NCBI RefSeq assembly: GCF_009914755.1 | Contig: NC_060930.1 | Reading direction: 5' to 3' (one strand) | DNA from: the human T2T-CHM13v2.0 reference genome, Homo sapiens | DNA length: 64,000 bases | In this document: positions 15,331-29,048 of the stretch, piece after piece | Layout: each line of letters starts with the position of its first letter | How positions within the stretch are numbered: position 1 is the stretch's first letter | Notes under the pieces: model-generated | Databases searched by the model: none | Told to the model about the DNA's origin: nothing | Seen by the model: the letters and a program-made list of their open reading frames with translations, nothing else | Program-made: the position numbers and the translations under genes

Positions 15331-17528
15331 AGCCCATCCTAATTCAAAGGCAGAAGATACACATGTAAACAGGCAAACAGGGCATTCTAGATTATGACTG
15401 TAAAGAAGGGTGGGGTGGGCAGGACAGGGACACCGACCTTAGGTAGAGTGGAGGAACAGCCCAGAGGTAACACTGGTGCGGTGAGTTGAAGGTTGAAAAT
15501 GACCCTGTCATCTTGAGAGTTGGGTGTAGGGAGGGCTTTTCATGCTGAGGAGATGGCAAGTACAAATCCCAGGGGCAGCAACGAGATGGGGCAGTTCGAG
15601 GAGGAGAAAGTTTACCGCAGGCTGAAGCGGAGTGAGTCAGGGGAAATGGTGTAGAGGGAGGTTGGAGAGTTGTGAGTCAGATGTCCCTGCAGTCTTTTGG
15701 CCATGTTAAGATGCTTGAATTACATTGCATGAGGAATGGGAAGAACTTGGTGATGATCTGAATGTAGCTTCCTTTTGCTTGCTAAGTGAATTCCAGTCTC
15801 TTCTGCTTTGTGTTCAAGGCCTAGAGTAACCTGGTTGTAGAATACCTTTTCCATCCTATCTCCCACTCTACTAATAGATGAACAGCAAGGTTGGCTTCCT
15901 GCTCTTAGGTGAGTCTTATGCATTTTCCTGCTCACCTTGTCATGCTGTTCCCTAACTGGAAAGGACTTGTCCCTCTCTGCCTGTCTCTGTAGGCTTTAGT
16001 CAGATGTGCTGCTGCCACGAAACTTCTCCCAGGCATTTCCTTACCTCCATCTTCACCAGTTGTTCCCACATCTATGTGGTAGCTTCTTGAGTATACCTGT
16101 TTATCACACATTATTTGTTTAATTTGTTTAATTAATTTTTAAATTTGTTTTATTTAATTAATTTTTCTGTCTTGTATCTTTATTCTGGTTCTCTCTGCCA
16201 ACTTTCACTACCTGTTTATAAACACACTCAACCCTCCCATATCCTAAAGAAGACTTCCCTTGCCCTCCTTTCCCCTGACTCTGACGTCTTGTCTTTCTCT
16301 TTTACTTTACAGCCATATCCCCAGGAGAGCGCCTGTATTTGCGGGCCCTGCGCGTCCTCATGCCCTCCTTCACTCCTTACTGGTATATGATAGGGTTTTT
16401 ACCTCCAGAACCCCGCTGACACTGCTTTCAGAGATAATGATGTCTTCCTAGTCCCAGTGACCACCAAGCCCAGGGACCTCTTGTTAATTTTCATCTGTGT
16501 ATCTGAATGTGATATTCAACACTATTGGCCACATCTTCCTTTTTAAAAGTTTCTAAACCCCCACTTCCTGGCTGTTCCACTATCACATGTTTTGTCTCAT
16601 CTTTCTGATTTCCCCTTGTTTCTTTTTGTTTCTAGCTCACCCCTAAGTGTAGGGATTACCCATCCTTCTCATGTCAGACCTCCCCTCTCCACAGCATATT
16701 CTCTTTGGCTTATCATTTATGTCCTTTTACAAAAACAGCTCTCACCGCATATTCCCAGATCTGTGCCTCTAGCCCAGACCTCTCTCTAGAGGGAAAAAAA
16801 AAGAATGTGCACGTACACTTAATGTATCATAATTTTCATATTGCTGTGTAATCTTTGTAATTATTTTAAATGGATGTATAATGTTATGTTAAGTGGCTGT
16901 GCCATAATTAGCCTAACCATTTCCTATTGAAAATTTCTTGTCCTGAATTTCCAGCTACAGTTTACAATTCTGTGCATGTATATTGAGTTTGAGATTGATG
17001 CCTGAGTTCAGGGTAGCATTTTAACTCTTGCACAAACTACTGAAAAAAGCCTTCTGAATGGCCTCCTGGTCTGATCTCTTGACCTTCTGGCCGAGCATGA
17101 TCTCAATTGTTAGAAAACAGGTACTACTTATGTTCCTAAGGCCCAAAAGAGATCTGAAGTTTTTCAGCTGACATGTCTCTGAGTAAATCTGAAAAGAGAT
17201 TTATTTGGAGGTTCACCTTCAATCAAGACAGGATTTTAAGCACACTCTGAGTTGTGGTTTATCATCCCTACTACTTACCATAAGAATATGCTTTACCACA
17301 CTTTATTGGCAACTAAGATGCACTCTTGAGCCTTTTAATCTGTTTGCTTTTAATCTGTTACTCTCTAGAAGTAATCCTGAAAAACAGCTGACAGTGATAT
17401 TTCAAACTCGTTGGTGCTCTTCTTCAAAGAAACATAGAAGCCCTAATAAATAGATTTGTGCCTTGGAAAATAAAGTGTCAGTGACTTCACATAGAACACA
17501 GGAATCTTAACTTATACTTCCCCAACTA

Positions 17529-17564
<36 letters not shown>

Positions 17565-18839
17565 GTGGCCCCTGTGGTCTTTCTAAGCTGTTCTTGACTC
17601 CCTAACTGATGAAGAGTGCTGGCTTTCCTTTCGAAGCCCAGGTCAGTGGTCTGACAGGGGCAGTGCTGCTGATTTTGGTCCCTCTCCTGAGTGTGCTTTG
17701 TATCTGTTATATGAAGTCGTGTTTGGATTTTTGATGTGTTGATACCTCAGAGTTTCTGCTTGATTTTCAGTCATTACCGGTAGCACACTGACAAGTGGGA
17801 GAATACAGTTTTCAGTGGCTGCCTGACTCCTATTTTGAATCTTTCTCTTCCCTTCCCAATCTGACTGTAAGTTCTCCCTGTGTAAGGAGAGAGGGTTGTG
17901 TTTCAATGCTGGTGTACACCAAGTATGTCTAAACTTAGTAATGGTAAAAACAAACATGCAAAATGACAACATTTCTGGAATCAGGGTGGTGAATAGAAGC
18001 CAGTGTACTTCCTCTGAGGCAGAGGCTCGCGGGGGGTGCTGGTTGGTGGGGTTGGTGGGGAGTGATCACATTGCATAAGCTCCATGTGAATCCTTGGGCT
18101 GCCTTCTACTGCTTGGTCTTTCTCTTTGTGTCCTCTAATGTATTTTATATTTAATTCACCTTAACAACAAATTGCCTTTAAAATGATGGAAAAGCACAAG
18201 TGCTAATGGTGAACAGCTGTCTCCTCCTTCTCTTCATACCAATTTTATTTCTGCTTTGAAGCACTATGGTCTATGCATCCTCTTGACTATGTTGTAGATA
18301 TAGCCACAAGGTTTGATGATTGTGCTCTTTTCTATAGATAAGAGGACAAGAGAAAATAACTCCAGTCACTCTTTAATAGATAGATTTAAAATTAATCAAG
18401 ATGAGGGTAAGTTTAAAAAACTATTCCAGGTATTTCATTATCTGAAAACCCAAGGGTCTGCTGCCTTCCACTCTAGGGCCTTGGTTCTCGAGAGAAGGTA
18501 TTTGTCTATAATTCCTAGCCTGATGGTTTAGCTGCCCACTCTGAGCTGTTCAGCCCCAGATCTTGAGAATCAAGGGGTGGAGAGTGAAAAATGTATGGAG
18601 AGGCAGGCACCTTGCTTTCACTTCCACCTCTAAAATGATAGTGCAGTATTCTTCTCACATATGCCTGCCATCGTCCTTCTGTTTGCATCTCTCACATCCC
18701 CTCCACTAGCCTCTCCCCTCCTTACAATAAAAAAAAAAGTCCTTGAATTTAGACTGATCCAAGGTCCAGGGTCATCTCACTACCTCCTCCCCTCCCAAGC
18801 ACCAGTGGTAGAGTGGGCTTTATCCCTTGAACAAGGACA

Positions 18840-19500
18840 GTGAACCTGTTAAAGAAAGAAGATCCAACAAAATCCAGAAGAATGAACACAACTCAAAAAA
18901 GACTGTCAGGAGTATGTTCTCAGCTGAGTGCTGAGTGAGATCACCATTCCCCATGATCTCAGGCAGTAGAAGAGCCTTGAGAATGTGGAAGACAGGCCCA
19001 AATTCTGCCTTAAAGGAAATATTACTCCAGAAACACAAGTGTTTTTAAGTGCAGAACTAAAGATCATAAATGTATTTAAGCAAGAGTTCAAACTTAATAT
19101 GAGACAATAAAATGAGATGAAATGGGAAATATGGAACTAAGGGAATAAAATGAGAACAAAATACTATCAGTCCAAAACTAATGAATAAATATGAAACAGT
19201 AAAGAATTTAATGGTGTGACAATTCAGTTGTCAACATAAGAGAAAAGCTTTAGAAAATTGTAGAGAAAACAAAAGGTAAAAACCTTTTCCCTAAATAAAA
19301 GAACTTTATTCCAAAAAAAGTTGACCAGAAAACGTATATGAAGATATCATAGAAGAAAAGTTTTCTGAGGTGTAAACCAAATTGCCAGAAAACAAGGGAG
19401 TATGCAAAGTTTTGAAGGGAATAGCACCAGTCAAGTGTTAAAATTAAATAGATAACTAAGTATAAACAACGATACAGATAAAATGTAAGTGTTATAAGCT
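18840..19500 (+). mobile_element. Old L1M ORF1 remnant
   Basis: A-rich decayed ORF1-like sequence. Approximate boundaries. Confidence 0.4.
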
Positions 19501-21211
19501 TTGACAAATGAGAGAGGAGGTCATCTATATGTAAAATCAAAACGTGTAGTTCAAAAGTTCCATTTAACATATGTGTTTTTCCAATTCTTAACTCCCAGTA
19601 GATTTATAGAAAATAGTTTCTCTTATAAAGAAATATGGATCTTAAGTTTAGCAATTCCTTTATCTTAACTTCAATGTCATTTTCTTTTAAGTACAAGGTT
19701 ACAGTTTTTGTTGTTGTTGTTTAAATCACATACAGTATTTCTGGGTTGAAATTTTGCATTTTTCTTTGGAGTATAAGACATTATTTAATTTTGAATAACA
19801 TAACTTTATCTAAAAATAAAAGTTTATCTTAAAATGTTTGTGAAGCAGAGCAAAACAGGCATACCTACCCTGTCCAAGACTCTGGTTGAATAGGTCCTGG
19901 ATGGGGCCTGACATGGGTAGATTATTTTTAAGTCCATGGTGTTTCAGCTCTGCTAGCTTCTCATCCAAGTGGTTTCTCATCTCTGTTTTTGTATTTATTT
20001 TAATAGCCTCCTGGCTTTCACCTTTATGATACCCACATCTAGCTTTTGGAAGTGGATAGAGAGACTACTCAGCCCAGGTTGATGAGCATCATTTTTCACT
20101 TTGCCTACTTGCCTGATAGAGTTAATGAGAGTCAAAAAGTGCATCACTGACTTTCTTACATTCATCTTAATAAGGGAAAACCAGTGGGAAAACATCATTT
20201 CATGAGTGAGTGGATTGGAGAATAAAAAAATGTTTGTTCAACATTTTGTAAAAGTGAATAATACTGATACTTTTTTCTATTGTTCTTTAGCTCAAATATT
20301 TTAGTTATGAGACCCCCTTTTGTTTTTTTTTTTTATTATGGTGGGTAAATATATCTTTAATGGAATAGTATGCATTTTTTTCATTAAACTATGATATGAG
20401 AGCATATAAACTGATGTCACAATATTACTAGAATATTTCTAATGTAAATTTTATTCTCAATAAGTAGTTATTACAGTGTAGACATTTTGGTCTAATATGA
20501 ATTTCAAATATGTACGTTGCAACAGCTATTTGAAAATAGTGGAGAATTAAGTAGTTGGCTTTCTACAAATAGAGTAATATACGATTGAATATTTTTTGTT
20601 CATATGCCCAACAATCCAACAAATGGAAACCAAAGTAAATCATGGCAAGTAATTATTGCTCAAAAATACAGTAGTTGATAGATTGTGGGCACTGTCACTT
20701 AAATACTGATTTATTTCCAACACAACTAGAAATTAAGGTGATTTCATTTCTCTTGCAATAAGTTTTACCTTCTTTCTGCCTATCTCCCTACCTGCCTACC
20801 TGCCCTACCTATTGCTAATGACAAAGAAACATAGCCATTGAATATTTTGTTGAGTTAAAGTGGTGATTTTTTTTAAACCAAGGCCCATTACAACCTTATG
20901 ACTTTTTAATTTTGTTGGTAAGAAACCACAAATAAGTGGATTATTTTAGTTTCATAATTTTCTGTTCATTGATATAATTGCTACATCAGCAATACTTCAT
21001 GGCTGTCCTGACTATGGTCTGCTCTAGAAATTATATTAGCAGCCCCTTTTCTCCTGAAAATATCAGTTTTGCATACTTAGAAATTTGCTGAAAAGTTTGT
21101 TTTAAAAGAACCTTAATGAGATAAGACAGTCAAATACTCAGCATTAAAGGGTTGAATTTTCTTCTTTTTGGCCAGCCTTCTCAGACTGTTGTGTAGACAG
21201 AGTCCTCAGGT

Positions 21212-21752
21212 ATTGCTACCAAGCCAATCTAGGTCCATTTGTCTGCACACAATGAAAAGCCAAACACTGAATCACTGGATTTTTATAGAGAGAAAGATTA
21301 ATGGCAAGGCAGCCATGCAGGAGATGGGCTCAATTCTGTCTTCCCTTACCAGCTTAAAGCAGTATATAAAAGGAGGAGATGCTGGAGGAGGAGTTTTGGG
21401 GTTGGTTAATGATTGTTGGAAAGGGAGGGGAGGTTTGGAAAGTCCCTTGAGCAGGCACAGTTGTCTCTTCGTGCTTCCTCATGGGTTGCCTTTGCAAATT
21501 CGGAGGGAGTTGGTGTGAAACCTGTGGTGAAAATACTGGCTTTGATATCAGAAAGTCCCTCATCTGGCAAGAAGTCTATTCTGTGCAGATCCCAATCAGC
21601 CATACCAGTTCCAACCAGCTTCAACCAGTCAACCAGTTTTGTTACAAGCAGAGGGAGTTCTAACAAGCTGTTTCTTTATCTGCAGTGCTGTAAGACAAGC
21701 TCAAAACTTCTTGTTAGTTACCAGTTTCTTTAACCCCATGGAGCACTGTTTA
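21212..21752 (-). mobile_element. Probable ERV1-class LTR (subfamily not assigned)
   Basis: LTR-like composition and termini (...ttaaccccatggagcactgtt). Recognised by resemblance only. Confidence 0.5.
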
Positions 21753-22071
21753 AGTATGATAGTGAAAAGGGGAAAGATAATTCAGTTTTGAAAGATCTAG
21801 TTCCAGGATGTTGATTATTCAAGAAAGGAACATAAGCATTCTAGAAATGCACACTTAGGTCTTTGAATGAGTGTTTCAATAGATTTTGATTGGCATCATT
21901 GTTCAATTTCCGGAATGCAGAAGTGCAATTTTATTTAAAAAATAGACTTTCCTTAAATACTTTCTTCACTTGTCATAATGTCCTTATGATAGTAATCTTA
22001 ATTTTCAAAAAATTATAGTTGGTGTATGTACAATGTTATCAATTGTTTGTTGTTGTTGTTGTTTTTTCCAG

Positions 22072-25000
22072 AAATCTTACAGGCTGGTGTTAAAGGAACT
22101 TCGGAATCCCTTAAAGGTGTGAAACGCAAAAAGATCGTAGCTGAGAATCACCTGAAAAAAATACCAAAATCCCCACTGAGAAATCCTCTTCAGGCAAAAC
22201 ATAAACAAAATACAGAAGAGTCATCTTTCGCCGTTCTTCATAGTGCTTCGGAGTCTCACAAGAAACAGAATTATATTCCTGTAAAAAATGGGAAGCAGTT
22301 TACCAAACAAAATGGAGAAACACCTGGAATAATTGCTGAAGCCTCAAAATCTGAAGAATCTGTCTCCCCAAAGAAGCCCTTGTTTCTGCAGCAACCATCT
22401 GAACTGCGTAGATGGAGATCCGAAGGCGCTGATCCTGCCAAATTCAGTGACCTCGATGAACAATGTGACTCAAGTTCCTTGTCAAGTAAAACCAGGACTG
22501 ACAATAGCGAATGCATCTCTTCTCATTGTGGCACTACGTCCCCCTCCTATACAAACACTGCATTCGATGTCTTACTGAAAGCAATGGAGCCAGAACTGAG
22601 CACCTTGTCACAAAAGGGCTCACCTTGTGCAATTAAGACAGAAAAACTGAGGCCAAATAAAACTGCACGTTCCCCTCCCAAATTAAAAAACAGTTCAATG
22701 GATGCCCCAAATCAGACTTCACAGGAATTGGTTGCTGAATCACAGTCTTCTTGTACCTCATACACAGTCCATATGTCTGCTGCTCAGAAGAATGAGCAAG
22801 GGGCAATGCAGTCAGCTTCTCATTTGTATCATCAACATGAACACTTTGTTCCCAAATCCAACCAACATAATCAACAGCTTCCGGGGTGTTCAGGTTTCAC
22901 AGGATCACTGACAAATCTGCAAAATCAAGAGAATGCCAAACTTGAACAGGTTTATAATATAGCAGTGACATCATCTGTAGGCCTAACTTCACCTTCCAGT
23001 AGATCTCAGGTTACTCCTCAAAACCAGCAAATGGATTCTGCTTCACCTTTGTCAATAAGTCCGGCTAATTCTACACAGTCGCCCCCCATGCCAATCTATA
23101 ATTCAACTCATGTTGCCTCTGTTGTTAATCAAAGCGTAGAGCAAATGTGCAATCTTCTTCTGAAAGATCAGAAGCCAAAAAAACAAGGAAAATATATTTG
23201 TGAGTATTGCAATAGAGCATGTGCAAAGCCTAGTGTGCTTTTAAAGCATATCCGCTCCCACACTGGAGAGCGACCCTATCCCTGTGTGACTTGTGGATTT
23301 TCATTTAAGACTAAAAGTAATCTGTATAAGCACAAGAAATCCCACGCACATACTATCAAACTGGGTCTTGTCTTGCAACCAGATGCTGGTGGCTTGTTCT
23401 TGTCCCACGAGTCCCCCAAAGCACTTAGTATTCATTCAGACGTAGAAGACAGTGGGGAGAGCGAGGAGGAAGGCGCCACTGATGAGAGACAGCATGACCT
23501 GGGCGCCATGGAGCTGCAGCCTGTGCACATAATAAAGAGGATGTCAAATGCTGAAACTTTACTAAAATCAAGCTTCACTCCAAGCAGTCCAGAAAATGTG
23601 ATAGGTGACTTTTTGCTACAGGACAGATCTGCAGAATCACAAGCTGTGACAGAGTTACCGAAAGTTGTGGTCCACCATGTCACTGTGTCCCCCTTAAGAA
23701 CTGACAGTCCAAAGGCCATGGATCCCAAGCCTGAACTTTCTAGTGCACAAAAGCAGAAGGACCTTCAGGTGACAAACGTACAGCCACTTTCAGCCAACAT
23801 GTCCCAGGGTGGAGTCTCCAGGTTGGAGACTAATGAGAATTCCCACCAGAAAGGCGACATGAATCCACTGGAAGGAAAGCAAGACTCTCACGTAGGAACG
23901 GTACACGCCCAGCTACAAAGGCAGCAGGCTACCGATTACTCCCAAGAGCAGCAAGGAAAGCTCCTGAGTCCTCGAAGTTTAGGAAGTACGGATTCTGGTT
24001 ACTTTTCACGTTCTGAAAGTGCCGATCAAACAGTGAGTCCACCAACTCCCTTTGCCAGAAGGTTACCCAGCACAGAACAAGACTCTGGAAGGAGTAACGG
24101 ACCCTCTGCAGCTCTTGTCACCACGTCAACACCCTCTGCTTTGCCCACAGGGGAAAAGGCATTGCTTTTACCAGGTCAGATGCGCCCACCTTTGGCCACA
24201 AAAACACTTGAGGAGCGGATATCGAAGCTTATCTCAGACAATGAAGCTTTGGTAGATGACAAGCAACTGGATAGTGTGAAGCCGCGGAGAACCTCACTGT
24301 CAAGACGAGGAAGCATTGATTCCCCCAAATCATACATATTTAAAGATTCTTTCCAGTTTGATTTAAAACCAGTGGGACGGAGAACAAGTTCAAGCTCTGA
24401 TATACCGAAGTCACCTTTCACCCCTACTGAAAAATCAAAGCAAGTGTTTCTTCTGTCTGTACCTTCACTTGACTGTTTACCTATCACAAGAAGTAATTCC
24501 ATGCCGACCACAGGTTATTCAGCAGTACCTGCAAATATAATACCTCCTCCTCATCCACTAAGAGGAAGTCAGTCATTTGATGACAAAATTGGCGCTTTCT
24601 ATGATGATGTCTTTGTATCGGGACCTAACGCTCCTGTGCCCCAGAGTGGGCATCCCCGTACACTTGTGAGACAAGCAGCCATAGAAGACTCTTCAGCAAA
24701 TGAAAGTCATGTTCTTGGTACCGGACAGTCCCTGGATGAGAGCCACCAAGGATGCCATGCTGCTGGTGAAGCCATGTCAGTGAGGAGCAAGGCACTGGCA
24801 CAAGGCCCACATATAGAAAAAAAGAAGTCTCATCAAGGGCGAGGGACAATGTTTGAGTGTGAAACTTGTAGAAACAGGTATAGGAAACTGGAAAATTTTG
24901 AAAATCATAAGAAATTTTACTGTTCTGAGTTACATGGACCAAAAACAAAGGTAGCCATGAGAGAACCTGAGCACAGCCCTGTGCCCGGCGGTCTGCAGCC

Positions 25001-28000
25001 TCAGATTCTACACTACAGAGTCGCTGGGTCCTCCGGCATCTGGGAACAGACGCCCCAGATAAGAAAAAGGAGGAAAATGAAAAGTGTTGGGGATGATGAA
25101 GAACTTCAGCAAAATGAAAGTGGAACATCTCCAAAAAGTTCTGAAGGCCTTCAGTTTCAGAATGCTCTGGGCTGTAATCCCAGTTTGCCTAAACATAATG
25201 TTACCATAAGAAGTGACCAGCAGCATAAAAATATACAGTTGCAAAACTCCCATATTCACCTTGTTGCCAGGGGCCCTGAGCAGACCATGGATCCCAAGCT
25301 GTCGACCATCATGGAACAACAGATAAGTTCAGCAGCCCAGGACAAGATAGAACTGCAGAGACACGGAACTGGAATCTCTGTCATCCAGCACACCAACTCC
25401 CTGAGCAGGCCCAACTCATTTGACAAGCCTGAGCCTTTTGAAAGAGCCTCCCCAGTTTCTTTCCAGGAGCTGAATAGAACGGGGAAGTCCGGGTCTCTAA
25501 AAGTGATAGGAATCTCCCAAGAGGAAAGTCACCCTTCTCGGGACGGGTCTCATCCTCACCAGCTTGCACTATCAGACGCTCTCAGAGGAGAACTTCAGGA
25601 AAGCTCCAGAAAGAGTCCAAGTGAACGACATGTGTTAGGACAGCCCTCAAGACTTGTCCGGCAGCACAACATCCAAGTTCCAGAGATTTTGGTCACAGAA
25701 GAACCAGATCGAGACCTGGAAGCTCAATGCCATGATCAAGAAAAGTCAGAGAAGTTCAGTTGGCCCCAGCGTAGTGAAACCTTGTCAAAATTGCCAACAG
25801 AGAAACTGCCACCCAAAAAGAAAAGGCTCCGTCTGGCTGAGATAGAACATTCCTCAACAGAATCGAGCTTTGATTCCACTCTCTCCAGGAGTCTAAGTAG
25901 GGAGAGCAGTTTATCTCACACTTCAAGTTTCTCAGCCTCTTTAGACATAGAGGACGTTTCTAAAACGGAGGCTTCCCCCAAAATCGATTTTCTAAATAAA
26001 GCCGAGTTTCTTATGATTCCAGCTGGCTTGAATACTCTGAATGTTCCTGGATGTCACCGGGAAATGAGGCGTACTGCATCAGAACAGATTAATTGCACGC
26101 AAACGTCAATGGAGGTCTCTGATCTCAGAAGCAAATCATTCGATTGTGGAAGCATCACCCCACCCCAGACAACACCACTTACTGAATTGCAGCCTCCATC
26201 TTCACCTTCTCGAGTGGGAGTGACTGGGCATGTGCCTCTCTTAGAAAGAAGGAGAGGCCCACTGGTACGGCAAATATCTTTAAACATAGCCCCAGATAGT
26301 CATCTGTCTCCTGTACACCCAACATCTTTCCAAAATACTGCTCTTCCCAGTGTGAATGCAGTGCCATATCAGGGGCCTCAGCTCACTAGTACATCTTTAG
26401 CTGAGTTTTCTGCAAATACTTTGCACTCTCAGACTCAGGTTAAGGATCTGCAGGCAGAAACATCAAACTCCAGCTCTACCAACGTTTTTCCTGTTCAACA
26501 GCTCTGTGATATCAATTTGTTAAATCAAATCCATGCACCGCCTAGCCACCAGAGCACACAGCTATCTCTGCAAGTGTCTACGCAGGGTAGCAAGCCAGAT
26601 AAAAATTCTGTTTTATCTGGGTCTTCTAAAAGTGAGGATTGCTTTGCTCCCAAATACCAATTGCATTGTCAGGTTTTCACTTCAGGCCCATCTTGCTCTT
26701 CTAATCCTGTGCATTCTTTGCCAAATCAAGTTATTTCAGATCCAGTTGGAACAGATCATTGTGTGACATCAGCAACATTACCAACCAAATTAATTGACAG
26801 CATGTCTAATTCGCATCCTCTGCTACCACCAGAGCTCAGGCCCCTTGGAAGTCAGGTGCAGAAGGTGCCATCATCATTCATGCTGCCCATACGCCTGCAG
26901 AGTAGTGTTCCTGCTTACTGTTTTGCTACACTCACATCCCTGCCACAAATACTAGTGACCCAAGATCTGCCCAATCAGCCAATTTGCCAGACTAATCATA
27001 GTGTAGTGCCAATCAGTGAAGAACAAAATTCTGTGCCAACATTACAAAAAGGTCATCAGAATGCTTTGCCAAACCCAGAGAAGGAATTTCTATGTGAAAA
27101 TGTTTTTTCAGAGATGAGCCAAAATTCTTCTCTATCAGAATCCTTGCCCATAACTCAGAAAATATCTGTTGGTCGACTTTCCCCTCAACAAGAATCTTCA
27201 GCTTCGAGTAAAAGGATGCTTTCCCCAGCAAATAGTTTAGACATTGCCATGGAAAAGCACCAGAAGCGGGCCAAAGATGAAAATGGAGCTGTTTGTGCAA
27301 CAGACGTGAGACCTTTAGAGGCTTTGAGTTCGAGAGTTAATGAAGCTAGTAAACAGAAGAAGCCTATTTTAGTGAGACAGGTTTGTACTACAGAGCCCCT
27401 GGACGGTGTGATGTTGGAAAAGGATGTTTTTTCTCAACCTGAAATTAGTAATGAGGCTGTTAATTTGACAAATGTTTTACCAGCTGATAATTCATCAACA
27501 GGATGCTCTAAATTTGTCGTTATAGAACCTATAAGTGAATTGCAGGAATTTGAAAACATCAAGTCATCCACATCATTAACTCTTACAGTTCGAAGTTCAC
27601 CTGCTCCTTCAGAAAATACTCATATTTCTCCTTTGAAATGTACAGACAATAACCAAGAAAGGAAGTCTCCAGGGGTTAAAAATCAAGGTGACAAAGTGAA
27701 CATCCAAGAGCAAAGTCAACAGCCAGTCACTTCTCTTTCATTGTTTAACATCAAGGACACCCAGCAGCTGGCTTTCCCTAGCCTGAAAACTACAACCAAC
27801 TTTACATGGTGTTATCTCTTAAGGCAGAAGTCGTTGCATTTGCCTCAGAAGGACCAGAAAACTTCAGCCTATACTGATTGGACAGTAAGCGCCAGTAATC
27901 CAAATCCACTCGGTTTGCCCACAAAAGTTGCACTTGCTCTCCTTAATTCAAAACAGAACACTGGAAAATCACTATACTGTCAAGCAATAACTACCCATTC

Positions 28001-28052
28001 CAAGTCAGACTTATTGGTCTATTCAAGCAAGTGGAAAAGCAGCTTAAGCAAG
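22072..28052 (+). CDS. HIVEP1: HIVEP1 giant internal coding exon (exon 4), 5,981 bp; N-terminal C2H2 pair, single CCHC finger, [14 protein letters not shown], Ser-rich region
   Basis: Lies within the 2013-aa ORF 22026-28067. Acceptor gttttttccag|AAATCTTACAG (phase 1) and donor AAG|gtactt (phase 0). Contains [53 protein letters not shown] and [24 protein letters not shown], recognised as HIVEP1. Confidence 0.97.
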
Positions 28053-29048
28053 GTACTTGAAATATAATTTATCTTCAGATATGGTTTGCGCAAATTTGTT
28101 TCCATGTGTCTTGATACCTTTAAATATTTTAACTGGAAATATTTTAATTTTGAGTGACAAATTGTGCTGTAAATGTCTTATTTGAAAGACAGGGTGATAT
28201 ATTTACCCCAGGAGTTACATTGATAAGAGTTACCAAGAGTCTTGCAGTGATTCTATCTTGAAAGATTTTAGAAATGATTTACCCTGAGCACTTTTCTTTT
28301 TCTCAGCTAACTATATAAGTCTTTACTTAGTAGTACAGATGATCATGGTTTTACTTTGATGTTTTACTTATATTGAGGTTTTGTTTTTCTTGTTAAGTGA
28401 AAGGAAATCATGGTTATGCTTTGTTCCTCCTCATGCAGGGAAACAGGTGTAGATAATCAAAGATAGTTGTATTTCATCCTGAAATATAAGCAGAAAGCCA
28501 TTTAGACTTGTCTTGAGCTTACTAGCTACACGCCCCTGTCATGCTATGTAGCTGTCTTCCAGTGTAGCTGTGAGAACCATTAGCACTAGAGAGAAGTTTC
28601 ACAAAATAATTCATATACTTGGTAAGTTGATTTGGTCAAGATTTATAAAGTAATTTAAGGTCATGAAACTGTAACTTGGGGTAATTTGTGGAATCAGTCT
28701 CATTAGAATTATCAGCTTTATAAAATGGGAAAAAGTCATTTACTTGATTAGAATAATAGGTAAGCATATCACGTTCGACTCTGCATATTCAGAAGTATTT
28801 GGCCTCTGCAGATTCATAAGCATGCAACACAGGTTAATAAACATTTACAAATCTGTCAGTAGGAAAATACTGCAGTATCAGTATTACCATAGAATTATGA
28901 ACAATTCTAAAGAAGGAAGTTTCTAACATTACTGGTAGGTGGAAGAGAGAAGAATTCAGCAAACATACTCCAAAGGTGGTGATACTTTAGCTAACTGTTC
29001 AAATTTTTTTTAAAAAAATAGGGATTTTTCAGGCAAAGAAGAAGCAGC

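Noticed and set aside
22026-22071. Met start and [15 protein letters not shown] leader of the 2013-aa ORF (signal-peptide-like)
   Set aside because: This is the intronic (TTG)n and pyrimidine tract before the acceptor. The protein enters from an upstream exon outside the window, and the terminal VLEI* is intronic too.
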